DNA from: Planctomycetota bacterium
GTDB taxonomy: Bacteria; Planctomycetota; UBA8108; SXIK01
DNA: 64,000 nucleotides
Direction of reading: 5' to 3'
Assembly: GCA_965223845.1 (NCBI GenBank)
Contig: CBDCXR010000004.1
Location: forward strand, 7,648,001-7,712,000
Shown: positions 1 to 10,951 of the stretch, one piece after another
Position numbering within the stretch: the first letter of the stretch is position 1
Layout of the letters: each line of letters opens with the position of its first letter
The notes under the pieces: model-generated
What the model was told of the DNA's origin: nothing
Database searches by the model: none
The model's input: only the letters and a program-made list of their open reading frames with translations
Position numbers and translations under genes: made by a program

Positions 1-768
<768 letters not shown>

Positions 769-1040
769 GCGTTCTTCTTCCGCCCTCGACGAGCCTCCCG
801 GCGCGGCGCGCGCGGGATTGCTCGGTCGACTACCCGGATCGTAGGGAATGCCATCGCGTTGCCCCGAGGCGACCGGCGTGCGGCCAGTCGGAATCTCCTC
901 GCTGTCGTCGCGTTGGGGCCACTATTCGGATTGTAGCGGACCCATCCGGTCGAGGACACTCGGGACCGTCCCTCGGAGCGACCGGGAGAACGGAGAACCC
1001 GCGCCGTCCGCGCGTCGGGTGAGCCGTCGGTACGAGGTTT

Positions 1041-2699
1041 TCAGCTCTTTCCCGGCTCGCAGAGGCAGGAGCTCGTCGGGCGCTCGATCACCCGCGCCCA
1101 CGCCTTCTCGAGTCGCTCGGCGAACTCGGCCGCTTCCGCGACCCGGTTTTGTGCTTCGAGAGCCTGCTTGAGCCCGAGGAGAGACCATGTGTTTCCGGGG
1201 TGCCGCTCCTGGTCCTCGCGGTAAAGACGCTCGGCTCCCGCGTACTGTTTTGCGGACATGAGGAGCGCTCCCATCGCGTGACGGACGGGAAGCATCCAGC
1301 CGGGAGGCTCGTCGTAGATCAGCTTGTCTTCCGCCTCGATTCCCTCGCGAAGGGCGCGCCAAGCGTCGTCGAGTCGTCCTTCGCGGAACGCGAGCTCGCC
1401 CGCCAGCATCGCGCGGGCGATCGGGAGGACATCGCTCACCTTGTTGTTGAAGATGAACCACTCACCGGGAACCTTCGCCGCGGCTTCTTCGAACTTCGCG
1501 ATCTCCGCGCGGACTTCCTCCGTGCGCCCGAGCGCCGAGAGTGCGATCCCTCGTGCGTAGTAGTGCACCGCACGCGAGACGAGGCGGTGCTCCGCGGGGA
1601 GCGGCTCGGCGAGGACTTCGTTCCACTTCCCGAAGCGGATGAACACGTGGTAGTTCGTCGGCATGATGCCTTCGATCAGTCCGGCGAAGGCCTTCAGCAC
1701 GTCTTCGGGCATGTCGCGTTCGAGATCGCGAGCGGCCTTGATCGCGGGCTCGAAGCGACCTTCCATCATCGAGGCGTACGCGAGGAAGTGTTGATTGTGT
1801 GCGTAGTAGACGAGATAGAGCTGCGCTGGCGGCGCGACCTCGAAGTAGGCCCGATCCGCGGCGACCGCGCGCACGTTGGCGTCGGCGGCATCGCCGTAGC
1901 GACCGACGCGGGAATAGATGTGCGACGGCATGTGAACGAGATGACCCGCTCCCGGCACTCGCGCTTCGAGGCGTTCGGCGTACGGGACGGCTTTTTCCGG
2001 ACTCGGGCCGGCCTCCTGCGCATGGATATAGAGATGCGCCGCACCGGGATGGTCGGGATGCGCGGCGAGGACGTGCTCGATCGCGGCGACGAATTCGAGC
2101 GTGCGGCCCTTGGGATCCCGGTGCTCCGACCAGTAGTCCCAAGGCTGGAGATTCATCAGCGACTCGGCGAAGAGCACGCCGACTTCGGGATCGTCGGGGA
2201 ACTGAGTGTGCACCGATTTCATCGCGTCGGCGTACGCCTCGTCGTAGGGACGCTGCTCCGCCGGTGCGGGCCACGTGTAGCGCTTCGCGACCGCTTCGAC
2301 GAGTGCGTGCTCGAGCTCCGTCTCGTCATCGAGCAGAGCCAGCGCTTGTCGCGCTGCTCGGTGTGCGTTCTCCCAGCGCTCCTCGGTCATGATCGGGTCG
2401 TTGATGTTCATCCCGTACGAGAGGGCGATTCCCCACCAAGGCATCGCGGCCTCGGGATCGCGCGCTGCGGCCTCCCGGAAGGATCGGATCGCTTCGTCGT
2501 GGTTGAACCCGAAAACGAGCTGGAGTCCCTGGTCGAACCAGCGCTGCGCGTCCGCGGAGTCGGTCGTGATCGCCCGGTGGTAGCGGTCGAGGCCGTCGTA
2601 GAGCCGCGCCCCGGTCGAGCCGGGTTCGACGATTTCGATCGGGGTGCAGGAGGTGAGACCGAGGAGTGCGGCAAACGTCAAACCGAAACGCGCGTTCAT
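1041..2699 (-). CDS. TPR-like alpha-helical lipoprotein with conserved His motifs
   Basis: Lipobox LTSC after a hydrophobic stretch; TPR-like helices; HLYIH, HLVHMPSHIY, HNQHF; C-terminal SSCLC. Start placed at MNARF (ORF track starts at 2732). Confidence 0.8.
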   Translation of the reverse strand: MNARFGLTFAALLGLTSCTPIEIVEPGSTGARLYDGLDRYHRAITTDSADAQRWFDQGLQLVFGFNHDEAIRSFREAAARDPEAAMPWWGIALSYGMNINDPIMTEERWENAHRAARQALALLDDETELEHALVEAVAKRYTWPAPAEQRPYDEAYADAMKSVHTQFPDDPEVGVLFAESLMNLQPWDYWSEHRDPKGRTLEFVAAIEHVLAAHPDHPGAAHLYIHAQEAGPSPEKAVPYAERLEARVPGAGHLVHMPSHIYSRVGRYGDAADANVRAVAADRAYFEVAPPAQLYLVYYAHNQHFLAYASMMEGRFEPAIKAARDLERDMPEDVLKAFAGLIEGIMPTNYHVFIRFGKWNEVLAEPLPAEHRLVSRAVHYYARGIALSALGRTEEVRAEIAKFEEAAAKVPGEWFIFNNKVSDVLPIARAMLAGELAFREGRLDDAWRALREGIEAEDKLIYDEPPGWMLPVRHAMGALLMSAKQYAGAERLYREDQERHPGNTWSLLGLKQALEAQNRVAEAAEFAERLEKAWARVIERPTSSCLCEPGKS

Positions 2700-2908
2700 G
2701 TCGAGTACCCCCAATTTGGAATGCGACGGCAAACTCCGACCGCGGCCGACTCGTATCGCCGCGGTGCCTTCCGGTCGCCGAACTCGGTCGGAGACCTAGC
2801 GAAGGTACTGCGATCGGGTCGAGCGCCGGGACAGGAATTCTCGAGATCGGTGTGCCGAGTACCGGTCCAGCGGCGGAGCGGACGTTCCGCAGCGAGCCGA
2901 CGCCCGGA

Positions 2909-3547
2909 TCAATCTCCCCGACGAGGTGGGGTGGTTCGATCGGGAAGCTCAGGGATCGCCTCTCGCAACCGCGTCAGCGCGCGTGAGGCGAGCTTCCGCG
3001 CGTTCGTGGGGCTGATCTTGAGCTGGGCGGCGATCTCATCGTAGGAGAGTCCGATGAGCTGGTACTGCACGAATACCTCGCGGTAGTGATCGGGCATCTC
3101 GAGGAGCGCCGCTTCGATTCGATCCCCGAGCTCGGCCGCAGTCGCTTCGCTGCTCGGGGTGTCCGCGGGAGAGTGGAGGATCGACGTCGAGAGCACGCTG
3201 GTCGGATAATCGGACCAGCGACGCACTCGATTCCCGCCGCGCTTCTCGGCGCCGAGCGACCGGAAATAGTCTCGAACGGAGTTCTCGACGCAGCGCGTGA
3301 CCCACGCGAGAAACGCACGTTCCGAGTCCTCGCTCGCGAACTGATGGAGACTCTCGAGGACGTTGAGAAGCGCTTCTTGGACGACGTCGTCGTGCTCGGA
3401 AACGCTGGCCGCGGTGCGCCGAATGCGAAGCGCGACGATCTGGCGCACGCGCGGATAGCAGGAATCGGCGAGCGCCTCGCGGGCGGCGGCGTCGGATCGT
3501 TTCGCTCGCCGGACGAGCTCGATGAGGGACGGAGTTTCGGCGGACAT
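2909..3547 (-). CDS. ECF sigma-70 factor
   Basis: Sigma2 region (DDVVQEALL, FLAWVTRCVENSVRD) and sigma4 HTH (LSYDEIAAQLKIS..ARKLASRAL). Start placed at MSAETPS. Confidence 0.9.
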   Translation of the reverse strand: MSAETPSLIELVRRAKRSDAAAREALADSCYPRVRQIVALRIRRTAASVSEHDDVVQEALLNVLESLHQFASEDSERAFLAWVTRCVENSVRDYFRSLGAEKRGGNRVRRWSDYPTSVLSTSILHSPADTPSSEATAAELGDRIEAALLEMPDHYREVFVQYQLIGLSYDEIAAQLKISPTNARKLASRALTRLREAIPELPDRTTPPRRGD

Positions 3548-3729
3548 CGCGTGTCGATCGGCGCCAAGGGATCGGTGGACGAGAACGGTCAGGAGACTCG
3601 TGAATTCTGCCACATCCCGGTCGAATTGGGTGAGCGGAGCCATCTCCACCGCGCCGTGTCTCCGTTTCCGGCGATCGCGTACAATTCATTTGTAACTCGC
3701 GGATCCGGTGGACGGAGGGGCTAGACGAC

Positions 3730-6700
3730 GTGACCGAGCACGAGCGCGACCCCGTCGACGTGAGGGCCGAAGATCTTTACGAGGAGTTTCGGCGCCGCAC
3801 GCGAGACGGGGAAAATCTTGATTTCGATGCGTTCTGCGCCGAGCACCCGAAGTTCGAAATGGGGCTGCGGGCCGTCCGCGATCTCGTCGAATCCGGGGAC
3901 GCGGATGCTCCGTCGGCCTCGAGACTCTCTTGGAGCTGCCTCGAGCCGTCCGAGCCCACGCTCCCTCCGGGCACGGTCGTCGGTCGGTATTCGCTGCGCG
4001 AAGTCCTCGGAACCGGCGGATTCGGTGTCGTCTACCTCGCCGATCAAAGCGCGCCGATCGAGCGGCCGGTGGCGCTCAAGATCCTTCACGCGGACCACGC
4101 TTCGGCGGGCGTTCTCGCGCGGTTCGACACCGAGCGCCAGGCGCTCGCGGCGATGCGCCATCCGAACATCGCTGCGATCTTCGACGCCGGAGCGACCGAG
4201 TCCGGCCATCCGTACTTCGCGATGGAGCTCGTCGCCGGTCCCGCGATCACGCGGTATGCGATCGACGGCGGCCTCAGAGTCGACGATCGTTTGCGTCTCT
4301 TTCTCGACGTTTGCGCCGCGGTTCGCCACGCGCACGGGCGATGGATCCTCCACCGCGACCTGAAGCCGTCGAACGTGCTCGTCGAAAGCGACGCCGACAA
4401 GGGGCCGATCGTAAAGGTCATCGACTTCGGCCTGGCGAAGGCAATGGGCGCGGAGTCGATCGACGAGGCGGGTCGAACTCGCGTCGGCACGGTGGTGGGG
4501 ACGCCGGCGTACATGAGTCCCGAGCAGCTCCGCGGCGGACCGCTCGACGCCCGCTCGGACGTTTACTCGCTCGGGATCCTCCTCTACGAGTTGCTCGCTG
4601 ATTCGCTTCCTTACGATGCAGCGAAGCTCCGCGGCTCGTTCGTCGACGTCGAGCGATACCTGTCGGGATTCGAGCTTCCTCGACCGAGTCGACACGTTTC
4701 GTCGACGGTGCGGGAGCGGATCGCCGCGCCGACGGGTGAGGCATCGAGTCCTCCGGCCACGGCGAAGAAACTTGCGGGCGAGCTCGACTGGATCGTCCTC
4801 AAGGCCATCGAGAAAGAGGCCGGACGCCGGTATGACTCCGTCGACGCGCTCGCCCAGGATATCGAACGCTTCCTCCGGCACGAGCCGATCCGCGCGCGGA
4901 GCGCGAGCTGGGTCTACCGAGCGCGGAAGTTCGCGCGCCGGCGTCCGACGCTGTGCGCCGCTTCGGGAGTGGCTCTGATCCTCGCTTCCGTATTCGCGAC
5001 GTTCCACTGGACGGGTCGCAGCGCGCGGTACAACGAACTTTCGACGAAATTCGACGAAGCCGTACAAGTGCGAGCGATCGAGGACGCGCGGGCCTACGCG
5101 AAGTCGCTCGAGAGCGAGTTCCCGGGGAATTCTCGAGCCGCCGCGATCTCGCTCCGGCTTCGTGATCTCGAGCGTGAACTTCGACTCGACGAGAGTACGC
5201 GACTCCGCGGCGAGGCCGAGGCCCTCGCCCTGCGCGACCGATCGCGCACCGAACGACTCGACGAGCTCACGGCCCGATGGACGGAGCTGCGCCAAACGAC
5301 GCCGAAGTTCGCGCCCGCTTGGGAGCGCAGCGAGGAGATCTCCGTGTGGACGGAACGCCGCGAGCTCGAGGGCGCGCCTGAGCTCGAGCTCTTCAGCGAG
5401 TCGGTGCGCTTGCTCCACCGAGCGCTCAACGTTGCTCCGAAAGAGAGCCGCGAGCGTGCTCGCGTGCAATCCCTGCTCGAAGAGCTCTACTGGGGACGAT
5501 ACGAGGAGGCAGAGCGCGAGGGCGGTGTTCGCATGCCGGCGAGCTTCTTTCGCGGCATGATCGACGCCTACGGAACGGGCAAGTACTCGCGCGCCGAAGG
5601 GGCAGACGTGTCGATCACCCTCGGCAGCGACCCCCCCGGCGCCGAGGTCTACCTCTTTCGTCTCGAAGAGCTCGAGACGCGTCTCGTGCCCCTCGCCTAC
5701 GATCTCTCCGCGCGTAAGAGCGGGAAGCCGTATCTCGAGATCGAGCGTCTGCTCGACACCGAGCGCTCGCCGTTTCGGCCGGGCGACCGATGGCGGCGCG
5801 TTCGGGGCGTCGACGTGCGGACGCGCTCGGAGCTCGCCGTGGTCCTCGAGGCCGTCGCGGATACGGAGTCCGTTTCGGTGGAGATCTCTCGCGCCGGCGG
5901 GACGACGACGGTCGAGTGGACACCGTTTCTCGGCGAGCTGCGTCTCGGTCCGCACAGCATACCCGCTGGGCGCTACGTGAGCGCGGCGCGCCAATTCGGA
6001 TTCACCTTCAAGGCGTTTCCTCTCGAACTCGGGCTCGCGAACCGGATCGGACGGACGAGTGACAGCCCACTCGAGATCTCCGTTCCGCCAGGACGATACC
6101 TCGCGCTGCTTCGTCGGAGCGGCTATCTAGACGCACGCATTCCGATCATCGTCCCCGGGGCGAGGCCGGACGCTCGGGTTCGACTAGTCTCCGAGCGCGC
6201 TGCGCCGGTGGGATTCGTTCACGTTTCCGGCGGCGAGTTCGTCGCCGGACGCGACCGCGAGGCGGAACAGCCGCTCGAGTACGGCGTGCGATCGGTCAGC
6301 GATTTCCTTTTGGCGCGACACGAAGTTTCGCTCGACGAGTGGCTCGAGTTCTTGAACCACCCGAGCGTCTTCGATCGTACGGACGAGCGCGGAGCTGCGG
6401 CGCCGAAGGACCCGAGAGTCATCGAGCGACTCGAGAGGCTGGCGAACGTCGATCGAGTTCAGCTCGTCTACGTTGCGAGCCGCGGTCCCGTTCTCACGCG
6501 ACAGGCGGAGGCGCGGCGATGGACGCTCAAGGGGCGAGCGCGCGGCGACTGGCCCGCGTTCGGGATTTCGCAGCTCGCGGCGCTCGAGTACATCCACTGG
6601 CGAAACGGGATCGAGTCGCGAGAGGGACGATACCGACTTCCGACGGACAGCGAGTGGGAGAAGGCGGCCGGTGTCGACGGCCGCGCATTCGTCGCCGGCG

Positions 6701-7008
6701 ATTACCGCCTGTGGAGTCACAGCGTCGCGAAAGATGGAGCGCTCGGCGGCGGCCCGAGCTCGGTTGGACTCTGTCCGTACGACGAGAGCGTCTACGGGGT
6801 ACGCGATCTCGGTGGCTCGGTCGTCGAATGGACGTCGGACACCACGGTGCCCGGCGAGCTCTACGTGTCGTACCGAGGCGGCGGCTGGACTCGCGGCGAC
6901 GAGCAGTACTTTCGCGTCGGGAGTCGAAACGGACTCTATCCGCAGAACGCCTACATCGACTCGGGGTTTCGTCTCGTCTTCGACCTGTCTCCGCCTGAGG
7001 GCGAGTGA
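3730..7008 (+). CDS. Membrane Ser/Thr kinase with C-terminal FGE-sulfatase (SUMF1-like) domain
   Basis: LGTGGFGVVY, VALKIL, HRDLKPSN, DFGLAK, GTPAYMSPEQ; TM helix; FGE motifs HEVS, YRLPTDSEWEKAA, DLGGSVVEW, RGGGW, GFRL. Confidence 0.92.
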   Translation: MTEHERDPVDVRAEDLYEEFRRRTRDGENLDFDAFCAEHPKFEMGLRAVRDLVESGDADAPSASRLSWSCLEPSEPTLPPGTVVGRYSLREVLGTGGFGVVYLADQSAPIERPVALKILHADHASAGVLARFDTERQALAAMRHPNIAAIFDAGATESGHPYFAMELVAGPAITRYAIDGGLRVDDRLRLFLDVCAAVRHAHGRWILHRDLKPSNVLVESDADKGPIVKVIDFGLAKAMGAESIDEAGRTRVGTVVGTPAYMSPEQLRGGPLDARSDVYSLGILLYELLADSLPYDAAKLRGSFVDVERYLSGFELPRPSRHVSSTVRERIAAPTGEASSPPATAKKLAGELDWIVLKAIEKEAGRRYDSVDALAQDIERFLRHEPIRARSASWVYRARKFARRRPTLCAASGVALILASVFATFHWTGRSARYNELSTKFDEAVQVRAIEDARAYAKSLESEFPGNSRAAAISLRLRDLERELRLDESTRLRGEAEALALRDRSRTERLDELTARWTELRQTTPKFAPAWERSEEISVWTERRELEGAPELELFSESVRLLHRALNVAPKESRERARVQSLLEELYWGRYEEAEREGGVRMPASFFRGMIDAYGTGKYSRAEGADVSITLGSDPPGAEVYLFRLEELETRLVPLAYDLSARKSGKPYLEIERLLDTERSPFRPGDRWRRVRGVDVRTRSELAVVLEAVADTESVSVEISRAGGTTTVEWTPFLGELRLGPHSIPAGRYVSAARQFGFTFKAFPLELGLANRIGRTSDSPLEISVPPGRYLALLRRSGYLDARIPIIVPGARPDARVRLVSERAAPVGFVHVSGGEFVAGRDREAEQPLEYGVRSVSDFLLARHEVSLDEWLEFLNHPSVFDRTDERGAAAPKDPRVIERLERLANVDRVQLVYVASRGPVLTRQAEARRWTLKGRARGDWPAFGISQLAALEYIHWRNGIESREGRYRLPTDSEWEKAAGVDGRAFVAGDYRLWSHSVAKDGALGGGPSSVGLCPYDESVYGVRDLGGSVVEWTSDTTVPGELYVSYRGGGWTRGDEQYFRVGSRNGLYPQNAYIDSGFRLVFDLSPPEGE

Positions 7009-7038
7009 GCGCGGCTCTCTTCGAGTCGTCGACCGAGC

Positions 7039-10000
7039 TTAGCGACAGGGCGAGACTTCACAGCCGAGCCCCGCTGGAGCCGAGCCGCACGCGGGAAAGG
7101 GAGGCGGGGGCGGTGCCCCGCTTCCGAAGAGACGATTGAGAAGGTAGATGGGATCGGCGATGTTCACTTCGGCATCGGCGTTCGCGTCCTCGGCTTCGCG
7201 GCAGCGGGATGGGCCGCCATCACCGAAGAGTCCGTTCAGCGTAAAGATCGGATCGGCGATGTTGACGTCGGCATCCGAGTTCGCATCTCCGCGAAGAAAC
7301 ACCGCAGTTGCCGCGACGACGAACTCCGCAACCGCGCTTCGTGTCCCGCCGTCGATCGTTTCGCATTCACTGCGCAGCGCGACGACTTGCCAGCGGTACG
7401 CTCCGGGAGCGAGCGGCTCGGAGAGACGATGCACCGTCGCGTCGAGTCCTGTCGCGATCGAAACGTCGATCGGGCCGTCGAGCGACGAGCTGAGGAGCAC
7501 CGTGTACGCATCACTCGCTGGAGACGCGTTCCAGCGGAGCGTCGGCTGATCGCCGGTCAGCGCACGGCCCGCGGGCGACAATCCGCCCGGAGGTTCCGGA
7601 CAGGCGGGTGGCGGCGCCGCGGTCCGGAAGGTCCACTCCGGTCCGGCAACGGTGAACGCAGAGTTCCTCGCGACGACTCTCCAGTGATAGATCTCGTCTG
7701 GGAGCAGCTCGGTGGCACGATATCCCGGGCGCTCGAGCGCCGCGGCGAACGGCGGATCCTGGTCGAGATCCGGTGGGCGCTCGCCATTACGCCACAAGTA
7801 TAGGTCGTAATCGTTCACCTTCCGGCTTCCCTGCCAAGAGAGAACCGCGTCGAGCGGTACGGAACGTTCCACGCCGCTTGCGGGAATCGGATTCGACGGC
7901 GGGGGAGGCTCGAGAGTCGTCGTGACGACGTTTGCCCACGCGTTGGTGGTGATCGCGTTTTCTTCATCGCCGTCGAAGATCACCGTTGCTCGGTTCTCGA
8001 ACGGAACATCGTCGTCTTCCGTCGCGAGCGCGGCCGTCCACACACTGAAGGTAACGAGACCCTGACCGAGCCGCGACTCGTCGTTCGGCGGCAGCAATCC
8101 CGCGATCGGGTCGTCGTCGAGTGTGGTCAGATTCCACGTGAGCGTCCGCGCTTCGAAGTCGATGTCGGCCTTTGCGCTCACCAGTGGTGTCCAGAGTCGA
8201 TCGCGCCAGTCGAAGGACACTCGCCGAGTTTCTTCGACGCTGTATGCGTCGGTTCCGAGCGCGATCGTCCGCCCGGTGAACTGGATTGCCTCGAAGCGCA
8301 CGCTTTCGATGTCGAGGGCCTCGGGGAGAACATCGACGATCGTCACCGTGCGGGCGGGGCCGCAGTCCGTGCACTCGTTCTCAAACTCGATGGTGTAGAA
8401 GATCTCGCTCGATTCGAGCAAGAAGCCATCGTCGCCGTCGCCCTTCGGTCCCTGCTTCTCGTTCGGGTCGATCGGGCCGATGATGTCCACCGGCCGCACG
8501 TGAGCACGAGTGAAGAGCTCGTTCGGCGGAGCCGGTGCATCTTCGGGGAGTCCGTCCGGAGCTGCGTTCAGAGACTTCGGGAACGACTTCGCTGCGGCCC
8601 CCGTGACGAGCAACCGGGCTCCGATGACGTCCGTCTCGAGTGGCACGGTCACGGAAGATGCGGCGCCTCCGCGCTCGAGAACCTGAACATCGTAGGTCGA
8701 GTCGTGGTCGAGCCAGTCGAGCACGAACTCACCGTCCGGGCCGGTCACGCTCTCCGAGCGGATGGTTCCGTCCTCCAGCGCGACGACCGTGACGCCCGCG
8801 GCGGGAGTCCAGTCGCTAGACTCGCGCACGACTCCTTGAATCGCGGCCGACGGTCGACCGAGTGCGGTGCGAACCGCGAGACGAAAGGCATCGGCGAACG
8901 AACTCGTCTGCCCGCGAGAGTGGAGCCGCGTCGAGATCTCCGCGAGCCGTTCGTGAGCCGAGGCCCAGGTCGGCCCGAGAATCTCCGGCAGGCGACCGAG
9001 CGCAGCGTTCCACCCCTCGGGGGTCATACCCGCCGGAACCGACTCCTCGAGTTCGTTCCACTCGACGATGTCGTTTGCGGTCGGCGTAAAGAGGAACACC
9101 TGAAACTCCGCCGGGCAAATCCCCGGGCACGACGCGCTCTCGACGACTAGGGCGCGCTCGCCGCTCCGCGTGGCATCGAGCGTCCCGATGGTGGCGTCGT
9201 CGTCGACGGCGAGGAGGTGGAGCTCCCCGCTTTGCGCCTCTGCGTCGCTCTCCGTCCGCAGTGACACATCAGCGGGTACGACGATCTTGAGGAGAGGTGC
9301 GGGCACGCTCGCGCCGCTCAGGTTTTCGAAGCGCGCTTGAAGCACGTTCGGAAAGAGCGCGCGGTAGAGATCGGGGCCCGCGAGCGAGACATCGAGTCCG
9401 TGGTCGTCTCTTGCCGAGATCACGCGGAGGGCATCGGAGACGACCATCGTCGGTTCGGTCGCGACGAGCCGATGGGCGGCCCCTACGGGGGCGCGCGAGA
9501 GGTCGACGTCGAAGCGCGCGAGCTCTGAGCTCAAAAACTCGCGCCCGAGCAGCGGCGGGCGCTCGCCCGTCGCGGAGTCTTCGAGATAAAAGCGAGTTCG
9601 TTCGCTGAACCCCGCGCCAGCCACCGCGATCGAAACTCGTCCCCGCGGACTCGCGACCCGTGGGGTGATCTCGTCGATCAGAACGTCGCGTTGCTCCACG
9701 GTGAGGCGAAACGGCGACGCCGCGCCGCCGAGGCGGACCGCCTCGACGAGAACGTACCCGGTATCGCCCCGCGCGCTGGGGATGAAGATCCTCTGGTTCG
9801 CGGTGCGCGCTGTCGATGCGCGATCGTGATCGAAGCGTGTCGGTGGCCTTCCCCAGCGAAAGTAGACGGAGCTCAGGTTCGACGAATCGGGAGTGAGGTC
9901 CTCTAGGAGGACGAGCGCCGGTCGCCCCGCTTCGAACGCGAACGGTACGAGCGCGGACGGGCGGTCGGGGGTGAGGACGATCTCGACGATGCGCGGAGAC

Positions 10001-10623
10001 GAATCGACCGGTAGCGCAGCACCGGCGCAAGACGAATCCTCGGCCGCACAAACTTCGACGGAGTGCGCGAACCGGGTCGGAGAGACATTGCGAGTGTCGT
10101 ACGTGACGACGTTTTCCACTCGCTGGCCACGGCCCCGAAGGCCGTCGACGAAACGAAGCTCGCTCGTGAAGCAATCCGCGGGCGGAACGGAAACGTCCAC
10201 CGAGACGATCGCGACGGTGTGCGGACTCTCTGCCGCATCGAGAGACGCCGGCGGATTCCCTGTCGTATCGAGAATGACGGCGAGCACGGCTCCACCGGGG
10301 ACGATTTCCGAGTACGCGAATGAAGGCTGGTCGCTCGGTGTGCCGTCGTTCGAGAGTCGTTCGCTCGCCGTGCCCGAGGTCGCGATCGCGACGATCTCCC
10401 CGGCGTCGACGGCGATCCCCATCGACCAGGCCTCCGCACCGGGCTCGCCCGCCGCGACGCCGCGGGTCGCGATCTGTACGCCGGCTTCGAATCGGACCGC
10501 CTCTCCCGCGAGGCACGCGATCGAGTCCGGTGCGACGAACGTGAAGTCAAACTCTTGCGCCGACGATATTGACGTACCGAGAGCGAGAAGGAGTCCGGCG
10601 ACAACGCCGTTTCTTGTAGCCAT
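7039..10623 (-). CDS. Large secreted multidomain protein: cohesin-like N-terminus, Ig/carboxypeptidase-regulatory-like domains, DPNEK-motif domain, FnIII-like domains, dockerin-like C-terminus
   Basis: Signal peptide (VVAGLLLALGTSISSA-Q); PIDPNEK..YTIEFEN; C-terminal FLRGDANSDADVNIAD..DANADAEVNIAD. Start placed at MATRNG. Confidence 0.8.
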   Translation of the reverse strand: MATRNGVVAGLLLALGTSISSAQEFDFTFVAPDSIACLAGEAVRFEAGVQIATRGVAAGEPGAEAWSMGIAVDAGEIVAIATSGTASERLSNDGTPSDQPSFAYSEIVPGGAVLAVILDTTGNPPASLDAAESPHTVAIVSVDVSVPPADCFTSELRFVDGLRGRGQRVENVVTYDTRNVSPTRFAHSVEVCAAEDSSCAGAALPVDSSPRIVEIVLTPDRPSALVPFAFEAGRPALVLLEDLTPDSSNLSSVYFRWGRPPTRFDHDRASTARTANQRIFIPSARGDTGYVLVEAVRLGGAASPFRLTVEQRDVLIDEITPRVASPRGRVSIAVAGAGFSERTRFYLEDSATGERPPLLGREFLSSELARFDVDLSRAPVGAAHRLVATEPTMVVSDALRVISARDDHGLDVSLAGPDLYRALFPNVLQARFENLSGASVPAPLLKIVVPADVSLRTESDAEAQSGELHLLAVDDDATIGTLDATRSGERALVVESASCPGICPAEFQVFLFTPTANDIVEWNELEESVPAGMTPEGWNAALGRLPEILGPTWASAHERLAEISTRLHSRGQTSSFADAFRLAVRTALGRPSAAIQGVVRESSDWTPAAGVTVVALEDGTIRSESVTGPDGEFVLDWLDHDSTYDVQVLERGGAASSVTVPLETDVIGARLLVTGAAAKSFPKSLNAAPDGLPEDAPAPPNELFTRAHVRPVDIIGPIDPNEKQGPKGDGDDGFLLESSEIFYTIEFENECTDCGPARTVTIVDVLPEALDIESVRFEAIQFTGRTIALGTDAYSVEETRRVSFDWRDRLWTPLVSAKADIDFEARTLTWNLTTLDDDPIAGLLPPNDESRLGQGLVTFSVWTAALATEDDDVPFENRATVIFDGDEENAITTNAWANVVTTTLEPPPPSNPIPASGVERSVPLDAVLSWQGSRKVNDYDLYLWRNGERPPDLDQDPPFAAALERPGYRATELLPDEIYHWRVVARNSAFTVAGPEWTFRTAAPPPACPEPPGGLSPAGRALTGDQPTLRWNASPASDAYTVLLSSSLDGPIDVSIATGLDATVHRLSEPLAPGAYRWQVVALRSECETIDGGTRSAVAEFVVAATAVFLRGDANSDADVNIADPIFTLNGLFGDGGPSRCREAEDANADAEVNIADPIYLLNRLFGSGAPPPPPFPACGSAPAGLGCEVSPCR

Positions 10624-10830
10624 TCGTCGATGGGGTCCTCTGTGGCGCTTCGTTTCCATCCTCACCTGCACCGAGAAGTCGATCAAGACTCGGAACGATC
10701 TCCTCGCGCCGGTGGTTCGGGTGAACTTCGTCGATCGGGAGAGAGTCGCGGTACGAAACGCATGCGATCCGCTAAGATGTGGTGGTTTTTCGAGAGGTGA
10801 TCCGCGTGGGAGTCGCCGCTCATCGATGGA

Positions 10831-10857
10831 GACGCGAATTGGCCGACCTCTGTGACA
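10831..10857 (-). promoter_or_regulatory. Putative ECF-sigma promoter TGTCAC-N17-CGTC facing 7039..10623
   Basis: Minus strand reads TGTCACagaggtcggccaattcgCGTC. Confidence 0.6.
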
Positions 10858-10924
10858 CAGTTTTCGCTGAGCTCGCGAGAAGCCACCTCGTCGAGGCTTC
10901 CGCCGCCGAAGGCCGCGAATTCGG

Positions 10925-10951
10925 TGTCACGCGAGAACTCTCGATTTCGTC
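10925..10951 (+). promoter_or_regulatory. Putative ECF-sigma promoter TGTCAC-N17-CGTC facing 11026..13854
   Basis: Plus strand reads TGTCACgcgagaactctcgatttCGTC. Confidence 0.6.

Noticed and set aside
6200-7008. FGE/C-type-lectin-fold C-terminus as a diversity-generating retroelement target
   Set aside because: No reverse transcriptase and no template-repeat copy of the 3' end seen in the window.
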